From: an uncultured virus (IMG/VR IMGVR_UViG_3300049185_000041)
Taxonomy: Duplodnaviria > Heunggongvirae > Uroviricota > Caudoviricetes
Strand: one strand, 5' to 3'
IMG/VR virus record: IMGVR_UViG_3300049185_000041
DNA length: 64,000 nt
Numbering within the stretch: the first letter of the stretch is position 1; each line of letters opens with the position of its first letter. Below the pieces are notes generated by a model. It was given only the letters and a program-made list of their open reading frames with translations. It had not been told where the DNA came from and searched no databases. Made by a program: the position numbers and the translations under genes. Positions 16,790-25,261 of the stretch are shown in pieces.

Positions 16790-18967
16790 ATGACCCGTAA
16801 AGTTTCCATCGACTTCGAGACGCGCAGCCGCCAGATCCTCGGCAAAAAAGGCAGCGTCGGGGCGTATAAATACGCGGAGTGCCCAAGCACGAAAGTGCTG
16901 ATCCTGGCGATCAAGGAAGGGGGCCTTCATGATCCCGGAGAATACCTGACATGGGACATCCGTCAGCCAATGGAAGGCAACCCGGCGCTGGAGCTGCTCC
17001 GTGACGCGATTGACTTCGACTACGAGATCCACGCATTCAACTCGCAGTTCGAGTGGGCCATCCTCAAGCACGTCTGCCCTCGTCAGTTCGGCTTCAGCGT
17101 CCCGGCCATCGAGCAGATGCGCTGCACCGCTGCCGTGTGCCGCAGCGCGGGTTTGCCGCGGAACCTTGGTGACGTCGCCGCGTTCCTCAAGCTGCCGGTC
17201 CAGAAGGACAAGATGGGCAAGGCGCTCATCGACAAGTTTTCCGCGCCTCAGAAGAAAACCAATCGCTTCATTGAATGGAACGATGACGTCAGCTTCACGG
17301 CCGGCGGGGAGCGAATGACTGCGGGCGAGGCATTCCAGCGATTCGTGGATTACTGCGTCACCGACGTGAAGACCGAGGTCATGGTGGCGGACGTGATGAA
17401 GCCTTTCGCCCTCCAAGGATTCCCGCTTGAATGGTTCCTGCTCGACGCCCGTCTCAATGACCGCGGGGTGCCCGTCGATCGGCAGGCACTCCAGAATGCC
17501 TTCGATCTCTACCGCAGCCACGAGCGCCACATCAACGATGAATTCCGCAAGCTCACCGGCCTCGGTCCAAAGCAAAATGCCAAGGTCCTTGAATGGCTCA
17601 AGGCGAGGGGCTACCGGGGATCGAATCTGACCAAGGCAACCCGCGAAGCTTTCGGCAACGATGATTCGATGACGGACGAGGCGAAGCGGGCGCTCAACCT
17701 CGCCGCCGAACTGAGCTTCGCCGCGGTGAAGAAGATTCCTGCGATGCTCTCCCGCGTTATGGCCGACGACCGCATTCGCGGGTCGTTCATGTGGTGCGGT
17801 GCCCAGAAGACGTGGAGGTGGACCTCCGAGGGAGTGCAATGGCAGAATTGTAAGAAGCCGTCGAAGAAGCTCCGCAAGGTCATCGAGCAAGCGTTCCAGG
17901 ACGTCCGCAACGGCATCGACCTCGAACTGTTGGAGTCGATCTACGGCAACCCCTACGAGCTGATCGCGAGTCTCGCCCGTTATTTCGTCCGGTTCGAGGA
18001 CATGAACATCTACGACCTCGACTATTCGTCGGTTGAGGCAAAGATCCTGCCGAAGCTCATCGAATGCCAGCGCATTCTCGATCGCTTCGATAGCGGCGAG
18101 GACATCTACACAACCACCGGGCTTTCATTGAACAAACTCCTCAAGGAAAAGTTCAAGGTGGACTTCGACATCGACCGCGACATGGGCAAGACCGTCGTGC
18201 TCGCGACTCAGTTCCAAGGCGGCTGGAACGCAGTGTACACTGCGACCGGCGAGAAGTGGAACCGGCAGTGGTGCGAAGCTGCGGTCAAGGTCGTGCGCGA
18301 GGAAAACCCGGAGTTCCCGAAAGCGTGGCGGAAGTTCCAAGACACCTTCGTCGAGGCCATGGATCGACCCGAGCGGTGGCACCCGGTCACACCCTACGTC
18401 TCGTTCGGATACACCATGAAAGGTCCGTTCCCGCGGATGCTGATGCGGCTCGCGAGCGGTCGCTCGATCTGCTGGCCGTTGCCGGAGAAGGAACCGATCA
18501 CCATGGCGAAAATCGCCACTCTGGACAAGAAGACCGGCAAGGAAAAGAGCACCCGATGGGAACGCGTGAATGGCCACTTCGATTCCAACGAAGACGTTGC
18601 ACGGCACCTCGGCATCGGGGACGCATTCCTCAACCCTAACACCGCGCTGAAGTCCACATTCAGGACTTGGGAAATTACCTTCTACGGACACGTCGACAAC
18701 GGACGTTACGGACGAGTGAAGACCTACGGCGGCGACGCGCTTCAGTCCGCCACCCAAGGAACAGGGGCCGACCTGCTCGCCTATGGAGCAATCGAAGCCG
18801 AGAAGCGCGGGTTCGAACCGTTCTTTCTCGTACATGATCAATGCCTCAATCCCGCAAAGGGGGACCGGGAGGCTTTCCGCCAGGCAATGTGCGTCGTTCC
18901 AAACTGGTTCAAGGGGTTTCCGCTCTCCGCGGACGCAGACGAAGTCCGTAGCTACTGCAAGAACTGA
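16790..18967 (+). CDS. polA: family A DNA polymerase with 3'-5' exonuclease
   Basis: IDFETRS, HAFNSQFE, YCVTDV, LNDRGV, motif A DYSSVEAK, motif B RDMGKTVVLATQF, motif C VHDQ. Confidence 0.9.
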   Translation: MTRKVSIDFETRSRQILGKKGSVGAYKYAECPSTKVLILAIKEGGLHDPGEYLTWDIRQPMEGNPALELLRDAIDFDYEIHAFNSQFEWAILKHVCPRQFGFSVPAIEQMRCTAAVCRSAGLPRNLGDVAAFLKLPVQKDKMGKALIDKFSAPQKKTNRFIEWNDDVSFTAGGERMTAGEAFQRFVDYCVTDVKTEVMVADVMKPFALQGFPLEWFLLDARLNDRGVPVDRQALQNAFDLYRSHERHINDEFRKLTGLGPKQNAKVLEWLKARGYRGSNLTKATREAFGNDDSMTDEAKRALNLAAELSFAAVKKIPAMLSRVMADDRIRGSFMWCGAQKTWRWTSEGVQWQNCKKPSKKLRKVIEQAFQDVRNGIDLELLESIYGNPYELIASLARYFVRFEDMNIYDLDYSSVEAKILPKLIECQRILDRFDSGEDIYTTTGLSLNKLLKEKFKVDFDIDRDMGKTVVLATQFQGGWNAVYTATGEKWNRQWCEAAVKVVREENPEFPKAWRKFQDTFVEAMDRPERWHPVTPYVSFGYTMKGPFPRMLMRLASGRSICWPLPEKEPITMAKIATLDKKTGKEKSTRWERVNGHFDSNEDVARHLGIGDAFLNPNTALKSTFRTWEITFYGHVDNGRYGRVKTYGGDALQSATQGTGADLLAYGAIEAEKRGFEPFFLVHDQCLNPAKGDREAFRQAMCVVPNWFKGFPLSADADEVRSYCKN

Positions 18968-19272
18968 TGCACGCCATGATCTCCTTCCGCGACTACAAAC
19001 CCGACCCCCGATTCGCCCTCGATCCGACGCCGATCCAGAACGCCATCCGCGCACGCACGGAGTTCGTCGAACAAACCTACCGGAACGCAATTCTCACTCA
19101 CCTCGGCTACTGGCCGGATGACGAAACGATCAAACGCCACGCTCACGAATTCGTGACGCCGGACGGCACTCGTCATCTGGCATGGCTGGAGACGAAGCCT
19201 GCCATCGGGGAGAAAGCCGACCTCACGAAGACCATCGCCACTATTCAACCGATCTATCGAAACACGCCATGA
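18967..19272 (+). CDS. hypothetical protein
   Basis: TGATG overlap with polA. Confidence 0.65.
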   Translation: MHAMISFRDYKPDPRFALDPTPIQNAIRARTEFVEQTYRNAILTHLGYWPDDETIKRHAHEFVTPDGTRHLAWLETKPAIGEKADLTKTIATIQPIYRNTP

Positions 19273-19745
19273 TCCTAACCTGCACCGGCCACCGAGCCCC
19301 GCTCGGTTCCTACGACCTGGAGCCGCTCATTCCGATCGCACGGGATGCTCTCATCCACCTCAAACCCGATGTCGTGGTCTGCGGCCTCGCTTTGGGGTGG
19401 GATACCGCCGTCGCCATCGCGGCAATCGAACTCGGCATCCCGCTTCATGGTTACATTCCGTTCGTGGGGCAGGCCGACACGTGGCCGAAGCGATCAGTCG
19501 AGCGGTATTGGTGGCTGCTCGAACGCTGCGCCAAGAAAGTCGTCGTCAGCCCCGGCGGCTACGCCCCGGAGAAAATGCAGATCCGCAACGAAGCAATGGT
19601 CGATGCCTGCGACCGCGTGCTGGCGCTGTGGGACGGCGAGGAGAAAGGCGGGACGTGGAACTGCGTGAAATACGCGATGAAACGGAAGAAGCCGATTGAG
19701 AACGTCTGGGAATCGCTGGTGATCGAAGACCCGTTTGTCGTGTGA
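19269..19745 (+). CDS. YspA/SLOG-family (DUF1273-like) protein
   Basis: TGHR, GLALGWD, IPFVGQ..W, MQIRNEAMVD..LALWDG..GGTWNCV. Confidence 0.85.
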   Translation: MILTCTGHRAPLGSYDLEPLIPIARDALIHLKPDVVVCGLALGWDTAVAIAAIELGIPLHGYIPFVGQADTWPKRSVERYWWLLERCAKKVVVSPGGYAPEKMQIRNEAMVDACDRVLALWDGEEKGGTWNCVKYAMKRKKPIENVWESLVIEDPFVV

Positions 19746-21148
19746 TCCCTCTCAGAAACTACCAGCAACGCATCGACGACGAGGTCCATTTCCACCTCGG
19801 CCTCGGCATCCGCAACCCGCTGGTGGTGTCGCCCACCGGCAGCGGCAAGACCCGCGTGATGGCCAACCTCGCGGACACACTGCCCGGCAACGTGTGGATC
19901 CTCGCCCACCGGCAAGAGCTGATCTCGCAGTCCTCCAACACCCTGCAATCCTTCGGAATCGACCACGGGATCGTGAAGTCCGGGTTCGAGCAGAATTATC
20001 GGCGACGGGTTCAAGCGGCGTCGGTGCAGACCGTCGCCCGACGTCTCGATTCACTGCCGCCGCCGGCCCACATCATCACCGACGAAGCCCACCACATTTC
20101 TCCGACTTATAGGCGAATCTACGAGCGATTTCCTGAGGCGAACCTGATCGGGTTTACCGCCACCCCATGCTTGCTCAATGGCAAGGGCTTGGGTGAAGTC
20201 TATGGCGCGATGATCCTCGGCCCCACGGTTTCGTGGCTTCAAGAGAAGGGTTTTGCCCCGCGGCTGAAATACTACGCCCCGCCGCCGAAGGCCGACACGT
20301 CCGGACTTCCGGTTCGCGGTGGTGACTACGCCACCAAGGAATCCGAGGAGGTGATGAACAAGGAGGTCATCACCGGCGATGCCATCGAGCACTACCGAAG
20401 AGTCTGCGAGGGCGCTCCGATGCTGGTGTTCTGCACCTCGGTCAAGCACGCCGAGGATGTCGCCGCAGAGTATCGTCGCGCCGGCTACCGGGCGGCGTCT
20501 GTCGATGGGTCCTTGGATGACGATGAGCGGGCCGACCGGATCGGCGGACTGGAAAGCGGAAAATACCAGATCGTCACGTCCTGCGATCTCGTCGGCGAAG
20601 GGCTCGACGTGCCAGTGTGCGCCGCGGTCCAGCTCCTCCGCCCGACGGCGTCCCTCGCGCTTCACCGGCAAATGCTCGGTCGTTTACTCCGGCTCGACAG
20701 CCTGTACGAGGTGAAATACGTGCTCGACCACGTCGGCAACACAGGGCGGATGGTGCGCGGCAAATGGGAGCAGAAGCATGGCTTTGCCGAGACCGAATAC
20801 GAGTGGTCTCTCGAAGGGGTGAAGAAAAAGAAAAAGGAACCTGGCGAGCGGCCGATCTCGGTTCGTACCTGTTCGTCGTGCTTCTCGGTCCACCAGCTCG
20901 CGAGATCATGCCCTTACTGCGGCTTCGAATATCCGGTAAAGGTCCGCGGTTCGCTCGATGTCGAGGACGGTGACCTGATGGAGATCATGCCTACGAAAGA
21001 GCAGGCCCGGGAACTCACGGCGAAGGCAAAGACCTACGCAGAATTCTTCGCCATCGCGAAGGCGATGAAGTATGAGCGTCCGCATTTCTGGGCACTGAAA
21101 AAATGCGGTCGCCTGAACCACATGGCAGCGATGCCAAAACTCCGATAG
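19742..21148 (+). CDS. SF2 DEAH helicase with C-terminal Zn ribbon
   Basis: PTGSGKT, DEAHH, GFTATP, EGLDVP, QMLGRLLR, CSSC..CPYC; GTG start. Confidence 0.92.
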   Translation: MIPLRNYQQRIDDEVHFHLGLGIRNPLVVSPTGSGKTRVMANLADTLPGNVWILAHRQELISQSSNTLQSFGIDHGIVKSGFEQNYRRRVQAASVQTVARRLDSLPPPAHIITDEAHHISPTYRRIYERFPEANLIGFTATPCLLNGKGLGEVYGAMILGPTVSWLQEKGFAPRLKYYAPPPKADTSGLPVRGGDYATKESEEVMNKEVITGDAIEHYRRVCEGAPMLVFCTSVKHAEDVAAEYRRAGYRAASVDGSLDDDERADRIGGLESGKYQIVTSCDLVGEGLDVPVCAAVQLLRPTASLALHRQMLGRLLRLDSLYEVKYVLDHVGNTGRMVRGKWEQKHGFAETEYEWSLEGVKKKKKEPGERPISVRTCSSCFSVHQLARSCPYCGFEYPVKVRGSLDVEDGDLMEIMPTKEQARELTAKAKTYAEFFAIAKAMKYERPHFWALKKCGRLNHMAAMPKLR

Positions 21149-21150
21149 TT

Positions 21151-21522
21151 ATGCTCGAATCAAACACCCAGAAGAGAATTCGTCTGCGCTTGTCCGCGCT
21201 GCGCACGAACCTGTTTTTGAGGTATAATGTCGGGACTTTCCTGACCATGGACGGACGCCCGGTGAAGATCGGCGAGCCTGGAGTGAGCGACCTTATCGGT
21301 GTGGTGTCGCACGTGATTCGGCCCGAAGACGTCGGCAAGACCGTTGGCGTGTTCGTCGCCATGGAAACCAAAAAGGAAGGCCGGGACACCACCTCGAAGG
21401 AACGCCGGGAGAGTCAGGGGAATTTCCTCGCCCGGGTGCGGGCGCTCGGCGGGATTGCCGGAATCGTGCGCTCGGAAGAGGAAGCCCTCGCGCTGGTGGA
21501 AAAACGCTTGCAAGGCCAGTAG
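21151..21522 (+). CDS. VRR-NUC nuclease
   Basis: ESNTQ..RYNVG..GVSDLIG..AMETK..Q..F..GGIAGIVRS. Confidence 0.85.
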   Translation: MLESNTQKRIRLRLSALRTNLFLRYNVGTFLTMDGRPVKIGEPGVSDLIGVVSHVIRPEDVGKTVGVFVAMETKKEGRDTTSKERRESQGNFLARVRALGGIAGIVRSEEEALALVEKRLQGQ

Positions 21523-21551
21523 TGGTGTAGCAATGTAGCGACCTCACGCCT

Positions 21552-22520
21552 ATGAATACTGAAATTACCTACGACCAACTGAAGCCGCACCTCACCAAGG
21601 AGAACCTCCTGTGGGTGGAGGACGACGCGACCCGAGGCACTGAGGGCCACGAAGGGGACTTCCAAGCATGGCAACGTCTTTTCGGGAATCCGATTGCTTT
21701 CGAAAAACTCCACCTACGGTTCTACCACGGGGACTGCGGTCACGATCTGTATGCAAGCGGCCGAATTCGTTACTGGGCTTTCGACTCCAACGAAATCTAT
21801 CGACTCCCGGAAGCCGCGATGCGGGAACTCGGGCTGCTGGCGGCAGACGACCACAAGACCCATGTCAAGGCGAGTCTCACCGCAGCCGAGGAACTTCGGG
21901 AAGCCTTGGGCGACGATGCCCCGCTCCCAGCAGCGGTGAACACGCCTCTAGTGAACCTACTGGAGACGATCTCCGACATGCCGTTGTTTTACACCTGTCG
22001 AACTCTTCTCGATCGTTCGGAATTTTTCGCTTGGCCAGCGGCGATCACCCATCACCACAACCGGGAAGGCGGCTTGATCGAGCATACCATCGAAGTCGCG
22101 GACATCGCGCTCCACATCGCCTCGAAGTTCCCCGGCGTGAACCTCGACGTCCTGATCGCCGCGGCCCTGTGGCACGACTATGGGAAACTGTTCGAATACG
22201 TGGTCGTCTTCAACGCATCCATCTCGTTGAACGAACTCCCGGAATACTCCCTCGTGAAAACCCGGGATGAAGCCGGCACCGAATACTGGGAACGGGACAA
22301 GAAAGCCGTCCACCACTGCATCAGTTCCGCGCAGGAGTTCATCGTGGCGGCCCGGCAGCACGGTGTCGATCGTGCCACCGAGGACGCCGTCGTCCATTGC
22401 ATCCTGTCCCACCACGGGCCGGTCAAGGAGTGGGGGTCGCCGGTTGCGCCGGAGAGTCTGGAGGCGATCATCCTTCATCAGGCGGAGTACCTCTCGGCCA
22501 AGGCCGGGGCAACCAAGTGA
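21552..22520 (+). CDS. HD-domain phosphohydrolase (YhaM/Cbf1-like) with unrelated N-terminal region
   Basis: PAAITHHH..GGLIEHT, WHDYGK, ILSHHG..EWGSP..EAIILHQAE. Confidence 0.8.
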   Translation: MNTEITYDQLKPHLTKENLLWVEDDATRGTEGHEGDFQAWQRLFGNPIAFEKLHLRFYHGDCGHDLYASGRIRYWAFDSNEIYRLPEAAMRELGLLAADDHKTHVKASLTAAEELREALGDDAPLPAAVNTPLVNLLETISDMPLFYTCRTLLDRSEFFAWPAAITHHHNREGGLIEHTIEVADIALHIASKFPGVNLDVLIAAALWHDYGKLFEYVVVFNASISLNELPEYSLVKTRDEAGTEYWERDKKAVHHCISSAQEFIVAARQHGVDRATEDAVVHCILSHHGPVKEWGSPVAPESLEAIILHQAEYLSAKAGATK

Positions 22521-22524
22521 GGCC

Positions 22525-22962
22525 ATGAGCACAATCTCCCTCACCACGAAGTTGACGCTGCGGGTCTGCCCGGATTGCGGAGGCCACTTCGCCATCGCGC
22601 AGGATTACATCGACCGTTGCCTTGAACTCGGGAACTTCAGGCAGACGTGGGCTTGCCCCTACTGCAAGACAGTCCGCGGCTACGGCGAAGGGAAGCAGCA
22701 GAAATTGCAGAAGCAGCTCGCCGCGGCAGAACGCGAGAAGCAGCGACTCCAAGAGGCAGCCCTCTATCAGCAGCAACGGAAGAATGAAGCCCTCGCTGAA
22801 GCCAAGCACTTCCGGAAGTCCCGCGACGGGATGAAGGGGCAGCTTGTGAAGGTCAAGAAAGCCATCGCGAACGGCGTGTGCCCATGCTGTCACCGCCACT
22901 TCAAGGACCTCCATCGCCATATGATCGGGCAGCATCCGGACTTCCACCAAGAGAACGCATGA
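22525..22962 (+). CDS. Zn-finger coiled-coil protein
   Basis: CPDC..CPYC, coiled coil, NGVCPCC..HRHM..QHP. Confidence 0.75.
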   Translation: MSTISLTTKLTLRVCPDCGGHFAIAQDYIDRCLELGNFRQTWACPYCKTVRGYGEGKQQKLQKQLAAAEREKQRLQEAALYQQQRKNEALAEAKHFRKSRDGMKGQLVKVKKAIANGVCPCCHRHFKDLHRHMIGQHPDFHQENA

Positions 22963-23216
22963 GCCCCATCACCATCAAAGCACCTGTCGAACTGGAACCC
23001 GACGACATCTGCGAATCGCTGTCTATCGGCGAACTGGTTGGCCTGATTTCCTACGCCGCCAATTACTTCGCCGAAAAGAAACCAGGAGACTTCCACGATC
23101 GCCGGTTCGCTATCGAACAAATCGACGACCACCTCTCCGAGAATGGCCGCCGGTTCATCGGCGAACTCGCAGGATGCGTCTATGCGAAGGACCGGAGGAA
23201 AGAGACCACGCCATGA
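22959..23216 (+). CDS. hypothetical protein
   Basis: ATGA overlaps. Confidence 0.6.
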   Translation: MSPITIKAPVELEPDDICESLSIGELVGLISYAANYFAEKKPGDFHDRRFAIEQIDDHLSENGRRFIGELAGCVYAKDRRKETTP

Positions 23217-23599
23217 ACCGACCCATCGACCCCGATCTCGACGGCTACCCGGACACCCGGAAGATGGACTCCCCGGCGCTGCGCAAGGCGTTGATGCATG
23301 CCATCCGTGAAGCCGCTGAAGAGAAAACCGAGAACCGTCGGCTCCGCAGAACCATCGCGGCCGTGCGCTCCAAGCTGGAGGACATCGTCTGCACGGAAGG
23401 CGAGGATGCCGGAGTCATACTTTTATCAACCGAGGCCCCTTACGAACCGGAACAGGTGAACGGGATCCCCGTCTATCAGCTTGAGTATTTCACTCCGCTC
23501 GGGGAAGCCCTGATGGCGGCGTGGAAACTGACCGGACCCCAGGAGGCCACGTTGCAAGACATCGCCGAAACCCAACCACCGAGATTCCCCGAGCCATGA
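23213..23599 (+). CDS. hypothetical protein
   Basis: ATGA overlaps. Confidence 0.6.
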   Translation: MNRPIDPDLDGYPDTRKMDSPALRKALMHAIREAAEEKTENRRLRRTIAAVRSKLEDIVCTEGEDAGVILLSTEAPYEPEQVNGIPVYQLEYFTPLGEALMAAWKLTGPQEATLQDIAETQPPRFPEP

Positions 23600-23808
23600 T
23601 TACTGACGACGAAATGCACCTGATCGCGCAGTGGCACCATGCCGTTCGCATGGACGCCGAGGTCCCCGGGATGAAGGGTTTCGCCGCCCATTACTACCGT
23701 TCGTTGAAGGGCGCGGACAAGGACCTCGTGGACCACTTCGAACGGCAGCGGATCCAAATTGCCGGAGAACAGTTGGAACTTCACGAGAAACACGACTCCA
23801 AGCCATGA
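23596..23808 (+). CDS. hypothetical protein
   Basis: ATGA overlaps. Confidence 0.55.
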   Translation: MITDDEMHLIAQWHHAVRMDAEVPGMKGFAAHYYRSLKGADKDLVDHFERQRIQIAGEQLELHEKHDSKP

Positions 23809-24158
23809 GAACCCGCTTCCCCGAAGACGAACCCGTCCCGGACACCCGGATCATCAAACCCGGGGAGACCTGTGGTGCTCTCGCGGTTCAGGGGATCACG
23901 GAGATCTACCTCCGCGAGCTTTCCGACAAGGAGCGCACGATGGACCTGAAGCCCGGCGACCTCCGCCGCCCGAAGTTCGAGGTCCGCACCGGCATCGCGA
24001 TCTTCGGCCACTACAACTCCGGGGAGGCCATCGAAAACCCCTTCCACCCGATGTTCCGCAACAACTGGGCCTCGGGCACCGGCAACACCGAGGAGGAAGC
24101 CCTGGAGTCGCTGCTGGCGGACATCCGGGGGACCAGTGAAATGATTCTAACGATATGA
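23805..24158 (+). CDS. hypothetical protein
   Basis: ATGA overlaps. Confidence 0.6.
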   Translation: MRTRFPEDEPVPDTRIIKPGETCGALAVQGITEIYLRELSDKERTMDLKPGDLRRPKFEVRTGIAIFGHYNSGEAIENPFHPMFRNNWASGTGNTEEEALESLLADIRGTSEMILTI

Positions 24159-24373
24159 AACGAAAACTCGGATTCTGGATATTAACCAAACTGGGGTGGC
24201 GGCCCCCGGTGGTGACATTGGAGATCAGCGGCGTTCTAACACCGAAACCACAGGTCTGCGTAAGCTTAGACGGACAGTCAGGAGGTATGACCCTCGAAGC
24301 CTATCCCCGTGAAATGCCGCTCGACCAAGCCCTTGCCCGCGGCCGGATGTGGCATCTAACTAGCAAGGCTTGA
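24155..24373 (+). CDS. hypothetical protein
   Basis: ATGA overlap; lower GC. Confidence 0.5.
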   Translation: MKRKLGFWILTKLGWRPPVVTLEISGVLTPKPQVCVSLDGQSGGMTLEAYPREMPLDQALARGRMWHLTSKA

Positions 24374-24386
24374 CGCCCGAGACACG

Positions 24387-24680
24387 ATGAAACGAACCTA
24401 CCTATTCATCGGCGGCCCCGCCGACGGGCAGCGCATCGAAACCGACGGGCAACCTGAGATCCCGATCCCGTGGGTCTCCAGAGTTCCATCGCTAGCGCAG
24501 GCTGCGGCCTCCAAGTTTGGCCATACCTCCGATCTCAAGATAACCGAATACGCCCTGCGAATATTGGTCGGCGGCGTTCAGTTCTACGCTGAAAAAGGAA
24601 TCGCTCCCGAGGACGCTCTCCAGATGCTTGTGGAAGGCTATCGCGTGCCTTCAAGCCTCCAGCAGTGCCCTTCCGCGTAA
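24387..24680 (+). CDS. conserved small phage protein (FIGGPxDG)
   Basis: YLFIGGPADGQ..LVEGY; converges on and overlaps the last late gene. Confidence 0.65.
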   Translation: MKRTYLFIGGPADGQRIETDGQPEIPIPWVSRVPSLAQAAASKFGHTSDLKITEYALRILVGGVQFYAEKGIAPEDALQMLVEGYRVPSSLQQCPSA

Positions 24681-25261
24681 GCCGGCCGCTCGTTTCCCTC
24701 GGCCTTGTCGAGGGTCTTGTTAGAGATGAGGCATTTCACCGGGAGGTAGCAGCCACACGCCCCGCAGACCCGCTTGTCCTCGGGGAACAGGCTGCCACTG
24801 CTGGAAACCAGTTCGTCCACTTTCTTCAGCAGTGACGCACAGGACTTGCACCCCCCGATCTCGCCCGTCGCCAAAGGGCAGGCGAGGCAGATCGCGGCGC
24901 GGCGTTCCGCCTCTTCCTGCGACACGAACTCGCGGCGGCGGATGACCTGCCACATCGTGGCCAGAAAGCGATTCACGCGGATCAGCGTGAGTGCCGGGTG
25001 CTTCCCCGCCACCGGTTTCGGCTTCCGCTTCGAGCACCAGGACCCGGGCGGCCGGGTTTCGCAGCAGGCACCGTGCTCGACGATCTCGCGGAAGTCGTCA
25101 CCGACCTCGATGCCGTTGGCAGCGTAGTGGGACTGGACTTTTTTCCAGAGACCCCGGAACCATCCGTCGGTGATCGTCACGCCCGTCTGCGGCACGGTGA
25201 ATTTCCACCCGCCCGGTGGACTCTCGATGTCGCGCACCACGGCTAACAGGTCATCATTCAT
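24638..25261 (-). CDS. Cys-rich protein at the end of the late operon
   Basis: PPGGWKF; EAERRAAICLACP..CKSC..CGACGC..CW. Confidence 0.75.
   Translation of the reverse strand: MNDDLLAVVRDIESPPGGWKFTVPQTGVTITDGWFRGLWKKVQSHYAANGIEVGDDFREIVEHGACCETRPPGSWCSKRKPKPVAGKHPALTLIRVNRFLATMWQVIRRREFVSQEEAERRAAICLACPLATGEIGGCKSCASLLKKVDELVSSSGSLFPEDKRVCGACGCYLPVKCLISNKTLDKAEGNERPAYAEGHCWRLEGTR

Noticed and set aside
21552..22520. HD protein as DatZ of a Z-genome pathway
   Set aside because: Motifs are YhaM-like and no purZ is present in the window.
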